64,000 nucleotides of DNA, taken from assembly GCA_964619725.1 (NCBI GenBank), contig CAZUFC010000001.1, forward strand, positions 128,001-192,000. The letters run 5' to 3'. Origin of the DNA: an uncultured bacterium. Its GTDB lineage: Bacteria > CSSED10-310 > CAZUFC01. This document shows, one piece after another, positions 27,727 to 38,096 of the stretch (position 1 is the first letter of the stretch; each line of letters begins with the position of its first letter). Under the pieces are notes generated by a model. It did no database searches, had not been told where the DNA came from, and worked only from the letters and a program-made list of their open reading frames with translations. The translations under genes and the position numbers were made by a program.

Positions 27727-28983
27727 CTACAGGCGTTCCTCGTATGCCAGTTCAGTATTCCTCTTTTCGTGTTCCTGTTTCAGTTCGAGTATTTTCAAAT
27801 TTTTAGAGGCTTCTTCATGATCAGGATCAAGCTCAATCGCTTTCAAAAAAAATTTACGCGCCTCTCCTAGTTCGCCCTTGGCGAAAAAACTCATTCCCAA
27901 TCCGTTGAAAGCGCCGGGATTGTTTCTTCTGCGTCGGATAGACCGGCGAAAGTATTTGGCGGCCTTGTCGGGCTCATCTTGCCGCAAATGAACCATCCCG
28001 AGAAGAAAATTGTAATAATAGACCTGCTCGCCGTGTTTCAATGCCGCCCTGTAGTGTTCTTCAGCTTTTTTGAACCGGCCGTCTTTGTAATACAAATTGC
28101 CTATGTTGACGTGAGCTTCCGCGAAATCAGGATCATATTCGAGAGCTTTTCTCAAAGTCTTCAACGCTTTCTGATCCAAACCCTTATGAGTATAGGCGGC
28201 GCCCAGGTTGCTCCAGGCTTTCGCGAAATCGGGCTTGATCTTTAAGGCCACTTTGTAGAATTCAATGGAATCTCTGTCGCATAAGCCGTCTCCTGATCCG
28301 TTCAGAAAGTTCCGCGAACATTCATATCCAAGATTGTTAAAGAAGTTGGCCGCTGCTTCCAGATCATCGATCACTCTGTACCGGACATATTCCTTTCTCG
28401 GCTCCGAAGCGAAATCAATCAACGCGAATCCTGCATCATAAAAAAGACCTGCACATATATGGCTGCTGTGAACTATGACGTCTCCCTCATCAAATGTGCT
28501 GCTCAATTCATACACTTCTACGAATACGGCTTTCAAGCCTACTTCACGAGCCATAGCCACAAAAAGGTTCGTGAAAGACAGGCAATTCGCCGATCCGGTT
28601 TTCAATACGTCCATAGCGCTTCGCGTCGCCCAGCGATCATATTTCACGTTCAGATTCGCCATATCAATTATCGCGTCTACCAGCGTCACCGCTCGAGAAT
28701 AATCTGTCGTCTGATTATGGGTGATCATATTAGCCATCTCTTTTACTTCCGGTTCTATTTCAAACGGCACCTTGGCGATTTCCAGCTCATCCTCGTCCAG
28801 CCTCTCTTCCAGTATTCCCCATAGTTCCTTCGGTTTGTAAACCGACTTCTTGATCATGCAGCTCTGTGACAAAACGGCAATCAAAAAGAGCCAGAAAAAT
28901 ATTCTGACAAACGCCGGCCTTTCCTTGCCGGTTCCCGGATGAGACCGCAGTTTGCTTCTCAATTCTTTAAGAGCGATTTTCAT
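27727..28983 (-). CDS. Transglutaminase-like domain plus TPR repeats, possible lipoprotein
   Basis: Candidate triad NCLS / SHI / LIDF; several TPRs; LSQSC lipobox-like motif. Confidence 0.8.
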   Translation of the reverse strand: MKIALKELRSKLRSHPGTGKERPAFVRIFFWLFLIAVLSQSCMIKKSVYKPKELWGILEERLDEDELEIAKVPFEIEPEVKEMANMITHNQTTDYSRAVTLVDAIIDMANLNVKYDRWATRSAMDVLKTGSANCLSFTNLFVAMAREVGLKAVFVEVYELSSTFDEGDVIVHSSHICAGLFYDAGFALIDFASEPRKEYVRYRVIDDLEAAANFFNNLGYECSRNFLNGSGDGLCDRDSIEFYKVALKIKPDFAKAWSNLGAAYTHKGLDQKALKTLRKALEYDPDFAEAHVNIGNLYYKDGRFKKAEEHYRAALKHGEQVYYYNFLLGMVHLRQDEPDKAAKYFRRSIRRRRNNPGAFNGLGMSFFAKGELGEARKFFLKAIELDPDHEEASKNLKILELKQEHEKRNTELAYEERL

Positions 28984-29153
28984 AATTGCATCGCCCTCCT
29001 CTCAATATTATTTTAGCCGGTTTCGAAGCTGAAACAAAAACTGCCTGTCGCCCTCGTTTCTTAATACAACTTTTTTATTGACTATGTTTCAAAAAAAAAA
29101 CGGTACAGCTTAATATGGTTGCGAAATGATATGATATGAAAAGAAGAAATTCC

Positions 29154-29198
29154 GCCTGACGCAGCATTAGGGGAAACTAGCGGTTTACGGATAAAAAC
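29154..29198 (+). repeat. Dispersed intergenic repeat, copy 1
   Basis: GCCTGACGCAGCATTAGGGGAAA is identical to 46048-46070; the next 22 nt are similar. Confidence 0.85.
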
Positions 29199-29207
29199 GA
29201 TTTAGGT

Positions 29208-29236
29208 TGACATAACTTTCCGGCTTAGTTAGGTTT
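29208..29236 (+). promoter_or_regulatory. Putative sigma-70 promoter of trxA-accD
   Basis: TTGACA-N17-TAGGTT. Confidence 0.4.
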
Positions 29237-29295
29237 CGTTTGGAGAATGATATCACCTTTGTCAGGGTCGAAAACGAACCCGGAAAGGAGAAAAA

Positions 29296-29619
29296 ATGAG
29301 CGACGTGAAGTATATAACGGGAGATGAATTTAACGAAAAGGTCATTAATCAGAAAGAAACTGCTCTTCTGGATTTCTGGGCGGAATGGTGCGCGCCCTGT
29401 CAGATACTGACTCCTATCCTGAAAGAACTGTCGGCCGATTATGAAGGTAAAATCTCGATATACAAGGTGGACGTGGAAAAGGAAAGCGCTCTAGCCGCTC
29501 AATACGGCGTTGTGAATATCCCCACTCTGATATTATTCAAGGAGGGGGAAGAGGCGGAACGTCTGGTAGGGGTGGTTCCCAAGGCGAAAATAAAGAAAGC
29601 CGTCGACGAGAACGTTTGA
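29296..29619 (+). CDS. trxA: Thioredoxin
   Basis: DFWAEWCAPC, IPTL. Confidence 0.96.
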   Translation: MSDVKYITGDEFNEKVINQKETALLDFWAEWCAPCQILTPILKELSADYEGKISIYKVDVEKESALAAQYGVVNIPTLILFKEGEEAERLVGVVPKAKIKKAVDENV

Positions 29620-29632
29620 AGAATATACGCCC

Positions 29633-30478
29633 ATGACTTGGTACAGCAAAGAGCGAAAAGCAAAAATAAACACCAGTTACGAACAAGTGACGCCTATACC
29701 GGAGGGACTCTGGGACAGGTGCGACAGTTGTAAAGGCATATATTTTCAGAAGGACTACGATAAGAATTTAAAAGTATGCCCCTTGTGCGGGGCTCATTCC
29801 AGGATATCAGCCGTTGAAAGATTGAATCAGTTATTTGACGGCGAATATGAATTGATGGATCAAAAATTATATTCGACTGATCCGCTGGAATTTACGGATA
29901 AGAAAAGTTACAAAGAACGACTGTCGACAGCTCAAAAAAAGACGGGAATTTCTGATGCCCTGATTTCGGCTCACGGCAAAGTAGGCGAAAGGCCGACGGT
30001 GATTTGCGCCCAGGAATTTTCCTTCATGGGCGGCAGTATGGGTTCGGTGGTAGGCGAACGGATAACCAGGGCCGTCGAATTCGCCATGCAGAAAAATATG
30101 CCCGTAATAATCGTTTCCTGCACCGGCGGCGCCCGCATGCAGGAGGGCATACTTTCGTTGATGCAGATGGCCAAAACGGCTGCAGTTCTGGGCCGATTCA
30201 AAAATAAAGGATTGCCCTACATTTCTGTGCTCGCTAATCCTTCGACCGCCGGTTGTCTGGCCAGCTTCGGGATGCTCGGCGACTTTATCCTGGCGGAACC
30301 AAAAGCGCTGATCGGTTTCGCCGGACCCCGCGTCATTGAACAGACCATACGCAAAAAACTCCCGGAAGGCTTTCAACGAGCAGAATTTTTATTGGAGCAC
30401 GGTATGGTGGACAGAGTCGTCGACAGGAGAGAGCTGAAAGAAGTTATCGTCAGATTATTTGAATACGCCATGGGTTAA
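29633..30478 (+). CDS. accD: Acetyl-CoA carboxylase carboxyltransferase beta subunit
   Basis: Zn finger, FMGGSMG, GGARMQEG, GFAGPRVIEQT. Confidence 0.97.
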   Translation: MTWYSKERKAKINTSYEQVTPIPEGLWDRCDSCKGIYFQKDYDKNLKVCPLCGAHSRISAVERLNQLFDGEYELMDQKLYSTDPLEFTDKKSYKERLSTAQKKTGISDALISAHGKVGERPTVICAQEFSFMGGSMGSVVGERITRAVEFAMQKNMPVIIVSCTGGARMQEGILSLMQMAKTAAVLGRFKNKGLPYISVLANPSTAGCLASFGMLGDFILAEPKALIGFAGPRVIEQTIRKKLPEGFQRAEFLLEHGMVDRVVDRRELKEVIVRLFEYAMG

Positions 30479-30531
30479 TTCTCGCTCCTCGAAAATCGCT
30501 TGTTTTTGCGATCTCGTGTGGATGTTTCTTA

Positions 30532-33213
30532 ATGATTAAAATAGGAAGGCCATCACCGAAAAAATTTTTTTTGCCTCTTTTTCTGGCCGGCTTGTTTTTT
30601 TGTTTTACAGGCCCTTCAAAAAAAACATGGGCGCAGGGATTATCCGCATCCGATCCGGCGGACGGCGAAAACCGTGACAGGATGTTTGAAGAATACAGAG
30701 ACAATCAATACCGCCGATCATTTACCGAAGAAGAACGGTTCAGACGTGAATTCCAGGAAAAAGCCGAACGACTGGAACGACTGGAAACCAAACGTTCACC
30801 CGTATATTTCGATGCGGAGGTTCAGGAATATATTGAAGAGGAGAACCTGTTCATTTTGACGGGAAATGCCCGCATTATGAAAGATGATTTCTCCCTGTCG
30901 GCCGACAAAATCATCATTAATGACTGGACTCAGGACTTGACTGCCGAAGGCGATGTTTTTATTAAATTCGGCGAAGATGAAATAACATGCGATATGGTTG
31001 AGTATAATTTTGAAACCAGACGGGGAAGGCTTTACAATTGCCGCGGCGTTTTGACTCCGAGCGTTTTCTTTGACTGTTCGCTTTTGGAAAAACTGGGTGA
31101 TTTTGAAAAAACCGGAACGCCGCAATATTACATGGAAAACGGGACTTTCACCTCGTGCAAAGGACCGGTTCCCGACTGGAAAATTACCAGTACTAAAGCT
31201 TTAGCTCGTCAGGAGCATTATTTACACCTGAACAATCCGATCTTATGGATCAACCGGCTGCCGGCGGTTTACTTTCCCTATTGGGTCTATCCGATCAAAA
31301 CGGAACGAGCGACGGGATTCCTGGTTCCCACTATAGCCTATAACGCCAATCTGGGATTCGTCATGATGAATGAATTTTTCTGGGTTCTGGCAGACAACGC
31401 AGACGTTACCTTCGGACTGGATTATTATTCTAAGACGGGATTGCGAGAGGATATAGATGCACGCTTTGCTTTCGATCATTTTTCCCGGGGAAGCTTTCAT
31501 TTCAAGCACATTGAAGAGAGGCAGTCCCTGAGGTCGGACAGACCTGCCAGTGAACGTTGGAGATTTAATTATTATCAGAACCATGAGTTCGGATGGAACG
31601 TTCGGGGCACGGCACACCTTAATTTCGTAAGCGATGAATATTTCGATCAAGATTACAACTGGCAGCTCGATTACATGACGCATAGGGACCTGGTTTCCGG
31701 ACTCTCATTAACTAAAACCTGGACCAGGGCTTCCATGACGATGGAAGCTGACTACACCAAGGACCTGGATGAAAACCTCCAGCGCGACCTTCAGCGCATA
31801 CCCAAAATTTATTATAACTCAGGACTTCAAAAAATCGGCAAAAGCATCTTACGCTATTTCTTCAACGCATCGTTTGAGAATCTTGTACAACAAGGGCTGG
31901 AATCGTACTACCGGGAACTGGACTATATAAACGACGTGCCGTCTGGCTCTTTACTGGTCAAAGATTACCTGGACATACAGACCTACCGGAGCCATCTTGT
32001 GCCCGGAATGCAACTCGTTTTCAACCAATTGCCCTGGCTCTCCTTTACACCGCGCTTTCAATATGAAGCGACTTTATGGAGCAAAAAGCGTATCGTGGAC
32101 GAATCTTTTCCTTACGGGACCTGGGCGACTTTGCCGGAATCAGGTCCGGATATTAAACAGGAAGGCTTTCTCAGAGGAACAGGAGAATTCGGAGACGACG
32201 GCATATGGCGGCAGCTTTATCGAACCGGATTCGATCTCCAGGGACCCCGTTTCTTTCGAATTTTTCCTGCTGAGTTCGGTCGTCTCATGAAAATCAAACA
32301 TCTCATATATCCCGAAGTCAATTATAACTTCGTGCCGGAAGTCGAACAGACCAATATAATGCAGTATGACGGCCTGGATATGATACGCCCCAGCAACGCA
32401 ATCACCTATTCTCTCGTCAATACAATTCTCGGAAAAGTGAAACAACATTCAGACACTCCAGGAACTTATTCCTCCTCCATGAATGACGAATCAGAGGAAA
32501 AAATGGAGCTGGGTTCATCAGGCGTTCTGCCGGAAGATGCTGAAACGCCGGAAGGCGTCTTCCCCGAAGACGATGACTACGAAAAAAAAGATAAAACTAC
32601 CATCAGAGAATTTGCCCGTTTTACCGTCAGCCAGACTTACGATGCCTCCAAAGAAACCCTTTTCCGGGAAAAGCAGGAGGAATACGACTCCGGCGAAAGC
32701 CTGGAAAAGCCGACTCGGTATGATTACCCTTACAGCGACATCAGATTCAACGCTATCGCACGTCCTTATGCTTATATCGACTTTTCATCCAACCTTTACC
32801 TGGACCCCTACGAATCTCGTCTGGCGAGAACCGATCTGAATTTAAGATATTATGCCGGGCGATGGGCTGTTAAACTTGGCTGGAACTACAGCGTCAATGA
32901 TTATGAAAATCCTAACGACGATTTCAAAACTGTGACGCTCGAATGCGGCGCACGCCTGAGTCAGGCCTGGTCGACCGAAGTTTCGCTTTATTACGATCAA
33001 CATAAAGATTTTTTCAATCATTGGATGACGAACATTACTTACCATTCCCAGTGCTGGTCCGTTACGCTACAGACGCTTTACCGGCAAAAAATTCTTGATG
33101 GAGTCTGGCCGGACTGGCAAACGGAAGATGAATACCAGTTCGGTTTTTCGTTGAGTTTAAAAAATTTGGGAGAAGTAGGTAGCCTGGATTTGGGAGAATT
33201 CAAGTTCTATTGA
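30532..33213 (+). CDS. lptD: LPS assembly protein LptD
   Basis: Signal peptide, OstA-like N-domain, FTSC...W, R.TGFLVP, aromatic-rich beta barrel, YHSQCW. Confidence 0.88.
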   Translation: MIKIGRPSPKKFFLPLFLAGLFFCFTGPSKKTWAQGLSASDPADGENRDRMFEEYRDNQYRRSFTEEERFRREFQEKAERLERLETKRSPVYFDAEVQEYIEEENLFILTGNARIMKDDFSLSADKIIINDWTQDLTAEGDVFIKFGEDEITCDMVEYNFETRRGRLYNCRGVLTPSVFFDCSLLEKLGDFEKTGTPQYYMENGTFTSCKGPVPDWKITSTKALARQEHYLHLNNPILWINRLPAVYFPYWVYPIKTERATGFLVPTIAYNANLGFVMMNEFFWVLADNADVTFGLDYYSKTGLREDIDARFAFDHFSRGSFHFKHIEERQSLRSDRPASERWRFNYYQNHEFGWNVRGTAHLNFVSDEYFDQDYNWQLDYMTHRDLVSGLSLTKTWTRASMTMEADYTKDLDENLQRDLQRIPKIYYNSGLQKIGKSILRYFFNASFENLVQQGLESYYRELDYINDVPSGSLLVKDYLDIQTYRSHLVPGMQLVFNQLPWLSFTPRFQYEATLWSKKRIVDESFPYGTWATLPESGPDIKQEGFLRGTGEFGDDGIWRQLYRTGFDLQGPRFFRIFPAEFGRLMKIKHLIYPEVNYNFVPEVEQTNIMQYDGLDMIRPSNAITYSLVNTILGKVKQHSDTPGTYSSSMNDESEEKMELGSSGVLPEDAETPEGVFPEDDDYEKKDKTTIREFARFTVSQTYDASKETLFREKQEEYDSGESLEKPTRYDYPYSDIRFNAIARPYAYIDFSSNLYLDPYESRLARTDLNLRYYAGRWAVKLGWNYSVNDYENPNDDFKTVTLECGARLSQAWSTEVSLYYDQHKDFFNHWMTNITYHSQCWSVTLQTLYRQKILDGVWPDWQTEDEYQFGFSLSLKNLGEVGSLDLGEFKFY

Positions 33214-33440
33214 TGGTCCTTCTGCGATAAAAAACTGATCCTTGTCGCAGATTCGAAAATAACGCAATTATGGAAACTCTTTTCAACATGCAATCACTCA
33301 TTTTCCATAAGAAAAGAAAAATTCATACTTTTAACGGAATATTCCGCCCGTATTGCGGACGGTTGCTGATTAAAGACGTCAGGACCTGTCGCCGGAAGCA
33401 TATACGGCGAATGAAGCGGTTATGAGGGGAGAAATTTGAA

Positions 33441-34505
33441 ATGAAAGGTTTGATATTGAGCGGCGGTAAAGGAACGCGATTAAGACCGTTGACCTATACT
33501 CGCGCAAAACAGCTCGTGCCGGTAGCCAACAAGCCGGTGCTTTATTACGGCATTGAAGCGATTAAGGAAGCCGGCATCAGCGACATAGGTATAGTCGTCG
33601 GCGACACGAAGGATGAAATAAAAGCCGCCGTTGGCGACGGGTCCCTATGGGACATAAAAGTAACTTACATCGAACAGGATGCTCCTTTGGGGCTGGCTCA
33701 CGCCGTTATGATTTCGGAGGAATTCATCAAAGATGATCCTTTTATCATGTATTTAGGCGATAATCTCATCCGAAGCGGCATTAAAGGAATCGTGGATGAG
33801 TTTCGAAAGGGACTGTGCAATTCTCAGATTTTACTTGCGAAAGTCCCGAATCCTCAGCAATTCGGTGTGGCGGAGCTTGTAGACGGGCGAGTTTGCAAAC
33901 TTGTGGAAAAACCCAAGGAACCCAAAAGCGACCTGGCGCTTGTGGGGGTCTACATGTTCGACCGTAACATTTTTGAAGCGGTCAAGAGTATTAAGCCGTC
34001 ATTCCGTAATGAACTGGAAATTACCGACGCCATTCAATATCTGATAGACCACGGATACCAGGTGCGTCCGCATATAGTCAAAGGCTGGTGGAAGGACACA
34101 GGCAAACTGGAGGACATGCTGGAGGCGAACCGCATGGTTCTGGACAATTTTGAAACCAGCATCGAAGGTGAAGTAGACGCCGAATCGTGCGTTCAGTTTA
34201 AAGTAGTGCTCGGAAAGGGCAGCAAAGTTCTCAGAAGCACCATCCGGGGGCCTGCCATCATTGGAAATAATTGCCGCATAGTCGATTCCTTCATCGGGCC
34301 TTTTACTTCTCTCCAGCATGACGTCTCTATCGTCAACAGCGAAATCGAGCACACCATCGTCATGGAAAAAAGTTCAATTGAAAATCTCAATACAAGAATC
34401 GTCGACAGTCTGATCGGACGAAACGTCAGGGTACGCTGCAGTCAAAGCAGGCCCAGAGCCTTCCAGTTCGTTCTCGGCGACAGAAGCGACGTGAGCCTTG
34501 TCTGA
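33441..34505 (+). CDS. rfbA: Glucose-1-phosphate thymidylyltransferase (long form)
   Basis: GGKGTRLRPLT..AKQL.PVANKP, ELEITDA, C-terminal beta-helix. Confidence 0.93.
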   Translation: MKGLILSGGKGTRLRPLTYTRAKQLVPVANKPVLYYGIEAIKEAGISDIGIVVGDTKDEIKAAVGDGSLWDIKVTYIEQDAPLGLAHAVMISEEFIKDDPFIMYLGDNLIRSGIKGIVDEFRKGLCNSQILLAKVPNPQQFGVAELVDGRVCKLVEKPKEPKSDLALVGVYMFDRNIFEAVKSIKPSFRNELEITDAIQYLIDHGYQVRPHIVKGWWKDTGKLEDMLEANRMVLDNFETSIEGEVDAESCVQFKVVLGKGSKVLRSTIRGPAIIGNNCRIVDSFIGPFTSLQHDVSIVNSEIEHTIVMEKSSIENLNTRIVDSLIGRNVRVRCSQSRPRAFQFVLGDRSDVSLV

Positions 34506-34663
34506 AATCGCCGGCGCTTGTGCAATTAAAGAATTCGATTTATTTCGAGCGCCGCGCTTGCAGGAATTACAAGGGCGCTATATAATCAAATGCTTTCAAA
34601 CCCAATCCCGGATGCGCAAGGGATATCGACGGTTTTAAAGGTCAATTAAGGGAGCGATTAATT

Positions 34664-35125
34664 ATGAGTGATATTAAAGATGTGACGGTCAAACAGCTTC
34701 GGGTCATCCCTGATGAAAGAGGTTGGTTGATGGAGATACTCAGGAGAGACGATCCGATTTTTAAAAAATTCGGACAGGTCTATATTACGACTACTTATCC
34801 GGACGTCGTCAAAGGATGGCATTATCATAAAAAACAATGGGATTTCTTTACCGTCATCAAAGGTATGGCGAAAATCGTTCTTTATGACGGAAGAAAAGAT
34901 TCGCCGACTTACGGTGAAATAATGGAATTTTTTGTGGGTGAGAAAAACCCCCGCCTGATCGTTATTCCTCCCTATGTCTACCACGGTTTCAAAGGTATAG
35001 GAACCGAACCCGCCTTCGTACTCAATTGCGTTACCGAACCTTACGACCACGATGACCCGGATGAACACAGAGTCGACCCTCACAGCGGCGGCATTCCTTA
35101 TGACTGGGCACGGAAAGATTTCTAA
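34664..35125 (+). CDS. rfbC: dTDP-4-dehydrorhamnose 3,5-epimerase
   Basis: DERG, KGWHYH, D.R..SPT, HGF. Confidence 0.9.
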   Translation: MSDIKDVTVKQLRVIPDERGWLMEILRRDDPIFKKFGQVYITTTYPDVVKGWHYHKKQWDFFTVIKGMAKIVLYDGRKDSPTYGEIMEFFVGEKNPRLIVIPPYVYHGFKGIGTEPAFVLNCVTEPYDHDDPDEHRVDPHSGGIPYDWARKDF

Positions 35126-35179
35126 TTTTTTACTTTCAGCGTAAGGTATTTCATCATATGCGCTGGTTGGGAGAAAAAA

Positions 35180-36211
35180 ATGGAAACGTTGTTGATTACA
35201 GGCGGTGCGGGATTCATAGGCAGCAATTTTGTTCGGCATATTTTAAAGCATTACGACGATTATCGCGTGATTAATCTTGATAAACTGACCTACGCCGGCA
35301 ACCTGGAGAATCTGCGGGACATTGAAAATGATGATCGATATACTTTCGTCAAGGGCGACATCTGCGATGAAAATATTGTAGGTAATTGTCTGGAACAGGC
35401 CGAATCTCTGAAAGCCGTCATTAATTTCGCGGCAGATACTCATGTCGACAGGTCCATAGCAGGAGCCGGCAGTTTCATACAAACCGACGTTATGGGCGTT
35501 TATGTGCTGCTGGAACAACTCCTGAAATACCGCAACGATGCGATTTTCTTTCAGATAAGCACCGATGAAGTTTACGGAAGCATTGAGGAAGGGTCCTTCA
35601 GGGAATCAGACCCCCTTAAACCCAACAGTCCTTATTCAGCCAGTAAAGCCGGCGCCGAGATGCTGGTGAGAGCTTATCAGATCACATACGGAGTGAAGAC
35701 TCTCGTTGCCAGGAGCTCCAATAACTTCGGCCCCTATCAATATCCTGAAAAACTGATTCCTCTCTTCATTACCAACGCTCTCCAGAACAAGGAAGTCCCC
35801 TTATACGGCGACGGCTTGAACGTCAGGGACTGGTTGTATGTTGAGGACAACTGCAAAGGCATTGATTTCATTTTGCATAACGGAGAACCCGGAGAGACTT
35901 ACAATGTCGGCGGCGGAAACGAGGAAACCAATATCACCATTACGAAAACCATATTGAATCTGCTCGGAAAAGATGAATCCCTCATCAAATATGTAAAGGA
36001 TCGGCCGGGGCATGACCGGAGATATTCCATAGATTGCAGCAAATTGCAAGCTATAGGCTGGGCGCCTGAGAAAAATTTCGTCGAAGCGATGAATGAGACG
36101 GTGAACTGGTATCGTGACCGCCGGGAATGGTGGGAAAACATTAAAAATAAAAGAGAGGAGTACAAGAGGTTCTATCAATCCTGGTATTCCTCGTTGGAAA
36201 AAGGAGAATGA
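35180..36211 (+). CDS. rfbB: dTDP-glucose 4,6-dehydratase
   Basis: TGGAGFIGS, DKLTYAGN, STDEVYG, PYSASKA, RPGHDRRY. Confidence 0.97.
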   Translation: METLLITGGAGFIGSNFVRHILKHYDDYRVINLDKLTYAGNLENLRDIENDDRYTFVKGDICDENIVGNCLEQAESLKAVINFAADTHVDRSIAGAGSFIQTDVMGVYVLLEQLLKYRNDAIFFQISTDEVYGSIEEGSFRESDPLKPNSPYSASKAGAEMLVRAYQITYGVKTLVARSSNNFGPYQYPEKLIPLFITNALQNKEVPLYGDGLNVRDWLYVEDNCKGIDFILHNGEPGETYNVGGGNEETNITITKTILNLLGKDESLIKYVKDRPGHDRRYSIDCSKLQAIGWAPEKNFVEAMNETVNWYRDRREWWENIKNKREEYKRFYQSWYSSLEKGE

Positions 36212-37092
36212 GCTACATGCGAGTTCTGATAACGGGAGCGAAGGGCATTTTGGGTTCCGCATTGACGGAGATTCTGGAGGAGAGGAAGCATCAGCCCATT
36301 CCCGTGGATATAGACGATTTTGATATCCGGGAAAAAGCTGAAGCGGAAAAGTGGATAAACAAGACGGAACCGGATTGCATCGTGCATTCTGCAGCCTTTA
36401 CCGCTGTTGATGATTGCGAGCGCAGGAAGGAAGAATGTTTTAAAATAAACGGAGAGGGGACGGGAAACATAGCCGGCGCAGCGGCCAGAAAACGGATTCC
36501 CCTGGTTTATATATCAACTGATTTTGTTTTCGACGGTCGAAAAACTTCTCCGTATGTCGAAACAGACGATCCTGCCCCATTGAGTCGCTACGGATTATCG
36601 AAACTGAACGGCGAACGCGAGGTGCGGCGATACTGTGATCGTTGGACGATCGTGAGGACGGCTTGGCTTTTTGGAAAGAACGGCGGAAATTTTGTCCGCA
36701 CAATTCTGAAAAAAGCGCACGAACTGCCGGTTTTGAAAGTAGTTTCCGATCAGAAGGGTTGCCCGACGTATGCAAAAGATTTGTCTGAAGCCGTTACCGT
36801 CCTGATGGAAAAAGAATGCTTTGGAGTTTATCATGTCGTCAATAGCGGCAGCGCGGACTGGTATGAATTGGCTGAAACTGTTGTGAGGATGGCTGGATAT
36901 GAAGACGTCAGGATTGATCCGATAAAAACGGAAAATTTGCGGCAACCGGCAGAAAGACCCCGATATTCGGCGCTTTCGACGCAAAAACTGACGAATGATA
37001 CTGGACTGGAAATGCGATACTGGAAGGAAGCCTTAAAGGATTATCTTATTACGTTAGGAATAAAGATCGCTCATTATGATATAGCCGTCTGA
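36208..37092 (+). CDS. rfbD: dTDP-4-dehydrorhamnose reductase
   Basis: TGAKGILG, ISTDFVFDG, YGLSK, RP.YS.L. Confidence 0.95.
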   Translation: MSYMRVLITGAKGILGSALTEILEERKHQPIPVDIDDFDIREKAEAEKWINKTEPDCIVHSAAFTAVDDCERRKEECFKINGEGTGNIAGAAARKRIPLVYISTDFVFDGRKTSPYVETDDPAPLSRYGLSKLNGEREVRRYCDRWTIVRTAWLFGKNGGNFVRTILKKAHELPVLKVVSDQKGCPTYAKDLSEAVTVLMEKECFGVYHVVNSGSADWYELAETVVRMAGYEDVRIDPIKTENLRQPAERPRYSALSTQKLTNDTGLEMRYWKEALKDYLITLGIKIAHYDIAV

Positions 37093-37136
37093 AAGGACGA
37101 TTCATAAAGAGAACGAGAAGATGAAGGAGTAATAAT

Positions 37137-38096
37137 ATGCGAGTTTTAATAACGGGCATCACAGGTTTTGCAGGCAGTCATCTGGCTGATTATATTCTGA
37201 AAGAGCATCCTGATGTGGAGCTTTTCGGCATTTATCGGTGGAGAAGTCGAACAGAAAACATCGAACATAACCGGGATCACTTTAAAATAATAGAATGCGA
37301 TCTGCGGGACGCTTCTTCCGTCAGAACCGTCTTGAGCCGCATCCGGCCGGACAAAATATTCCATCTGGCGGCCCAGAGTTTCGTTCCTTCTTCGTGGAAA
37401 GCTCCCAGCGAATCCGTCGTAACGAACGTCATAGGACAGATCAACATTTTTGAAGCGGTCCGTGATTTAAATCTGAACCCCTGGATTCAGCTTGCCTGTT
37501 CCAGCGAAGAATACGGTATGGTTTATCCTCACGAAACCCCCATCAAAGAAACCAATCCGCTGAGGCCCCTGAGTCCTTACGGCGTGAGCAAGGTCGGTCA
37601 GGACTACCTGGGCTATCAGTATCATATGAGTTACGGAATGAATATCGTCAGAACCAGAGGATTCAATCATACGGGTCCTCGACGGGGCGACGTCTTCGTC
37701 TGTTCTGATTTCGCCAAACAGGTCGTCGAAATTGAATTGAAAAAGAGAGAATCCGTAATTCGAGTCGGCAACCTTGAAGCGCTTCGGGATTTCACTGACG
37801 TCCGCGATATGGTAAGAGGGTATTGGATGGCTTTGGAAAATTGCAAACCCGGAGAAGCCTATAATATTTGCTCCGGTCGCGCCTATTCCATTAAGGAAGT
37901 TCTCGACAGCCTGCTTTCCATGACTGATGTCGATATTACAGTGGAACAGGACCCTGACAGGTTGCGCCCTTCTGATGTGCCGATATTGCTTGGCGATAAT
38001 ACGAAATTCAGAGAAATATCGGGCTGGGAACCCCAAATTCCATTCCCCCAAACTCTTCGTGATATCCTGAATTATTGGCGGGAGAGGCTTTCATGA
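37137..38096 (+). CDS. GDP-mannose 4,6-dehydratase / GDP-4-keto-6-deoxymannose reductase (Gmd/Rmd-like SDR)
   Basis: TGITGFAG, HLAAQS.V..SW, SSEEYG, PYGVSK, FNHTGP, RDFTDVRD. Confidence 0.85.
   Translation: MRVLITGITGFAGSHLADYILKEHPDVELFGIYRWRSRTENIEHNRDHFKIIECDLRDASSVRTVLSRIRPDKIFHLAAQSFVPSSWKAPSESVVTNVIGQINIFEAVRDLNLNPWIQLACSSEEYGMVYPHETPIKETNPLRPLSPYGVSKVGQDYLGYQYHMSYGMNIVRTRGFNHTGPRRGDVFVCSDFAKQVVEIELKKRESVIRVGNLEALRDFTDVRDMVRGYWMALENCKPGEAYNICSGRAYSIKEVLDSLLSMTDVDITVEQDPDRLRPSDVPILLGDNTKFREISGWEPQIPFPQTLRDILNYWRERLS

Noticed and set aside
34658-35239. Long antisense or alternate-frame ORFs (e.g. 34658-35239, 10378-11136, 9520-10146, 1467-2060)
   Set aside because: They shadow well-supported genes and have no motifs or RBS.
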